Shown here: in pieces, positions 63,337 through 64,000 of the stretch
How positions within the stretch are numbered: position 1 is the first letter of the stretch
How the letters are laid out: each line of letters begins with the position of its first letter
Assembly: GCF_006345805.1 (NCBI RefSeq)
Contig: NC_043000.1
Span: 129,146,001 to 129,210,000, forward strand
From: Octopus sinensis
Lineage: Eukaryota
Direction of reading: 5' to 3'
Length of the DNA: 64,000 bases
Notes under the pieces: generated by a model
What the model saw: the letters and a program-made list of their open reading frames with translations, nothing else
What the model was told of the DNA's origin: nothing
The model's database searches: none
Made by a program: the position numbers and the translations under genes

Positions 63337-63372
63337 TGTATGTATGTATGTATGTATGTATGTATGTATGTA
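63307..63372. repeat. (TATG)n microsatellite
   Basis: Direct inspection. Confidence 0.97.
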
Positions 63373-63620
63373 TGAAGGCGCATGGCTTAGTGGTTATGGT
63401 GTTGCACACACGATTGCGAGATCGTGGGTTCGATTCCAAGTCCAGACGTTGCGTTGTGTTCTTGAGCAAAGCACTTCATTTCACGTTGCTCTGCAATCAT
63501 TTCGTCATCTGACGTGTGTCACACGGTACAGGTAATGTCGATTTGATGACGAGAATGAGCTTATGTGTACACAAACATTTGATCACTATAAATAAATATT
63601 CTGTGTGGTTGTTTGGAAAT
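63373..63620 (+). mobile_element. SINE family D
   Basis: GGCGCATGGCTTAGTGGTTA head, GGGTTCGATTCC B box, CACTTCATTTCACGTTGCTC body. Confidence 0.82.
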
Positions 63621-64000
63621 TTCTTGCTGGACCTTCATACGTCGTCTAAAGACGGGAGAGTCCGCGATGTACGTATGTTTCACTCCACTCACAAGGCTTT
63701 TGTCGGCCGGGGGATTATAGCAGAAGATAGCTCGCCCAAGGACTGAACCCCGAACCATGAAGTTGGGAAACGAACTTCTGGCACAGTCATGCCTTCACCT
63801 ACACTTGGCTATTTTCTGTTATACATTCACACTTAAAAAATTTTAAGTGCATGTTGTTTTTATACGCTAGTGTGGTGAGTTGTAATAATTTTATGTAAGC
63901 GCTATCATATTATGATTACAATAGAAGTTGTTGAGTCCTCACCGGGTATTGCATTTACTACTTGCTACTTCTGCTATAAATAACGGTTTCATAAACTGCA

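Noticed and set aside
63373-63445. tRNA gene-like sequences here and at other SINE heads
   Set aside because: A/B boxes run directly into SINE bodies with no complete cloverleaf.

Overview
AT-rich, repeat-dense animal genomic DNA. The SINE families and microsatellite load suggest a coleoid cephalopod, probably Octopus (inference, not a database match). Most ORFs in the supplied track are translations of microsatellites or SINEs. The window holds at least four SINE families, several MITE families (hAT-, piggyBac-, pogo-, Merlin/MULE-like and long-hairpin types), non-autonomous Helitrons, two mariner derivatives, two LTR-like elements, and fossils of RTE, CR1/L2-group, HERO-like and R4/Dong-like LINEs, a hAT transposase and a Gypsy integrase. 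I saw no intact transposase or reverse transcriptase, rRNA, true tRNA or CRISPR array. A phase-compatible chain of eight candidate minus-strand exons (44825 to 16631, 345 codons plus stop, then AATAAA) suggests an unidentified host gene, but it needs either a 42-nt intron or read-through of an in-frame TGA. Best leads: an R4-like LINE bounded by (CATA)n, a minimal hammerhead-ribozyme-like motif, a mariner built from two inverted 5' ends, a LINE tail shared with a SINE family, many long hairpins, and an apparent CpG-depletion boundary near 42 kb. None is shown here to be a new biological system. All alignments were done by eye.
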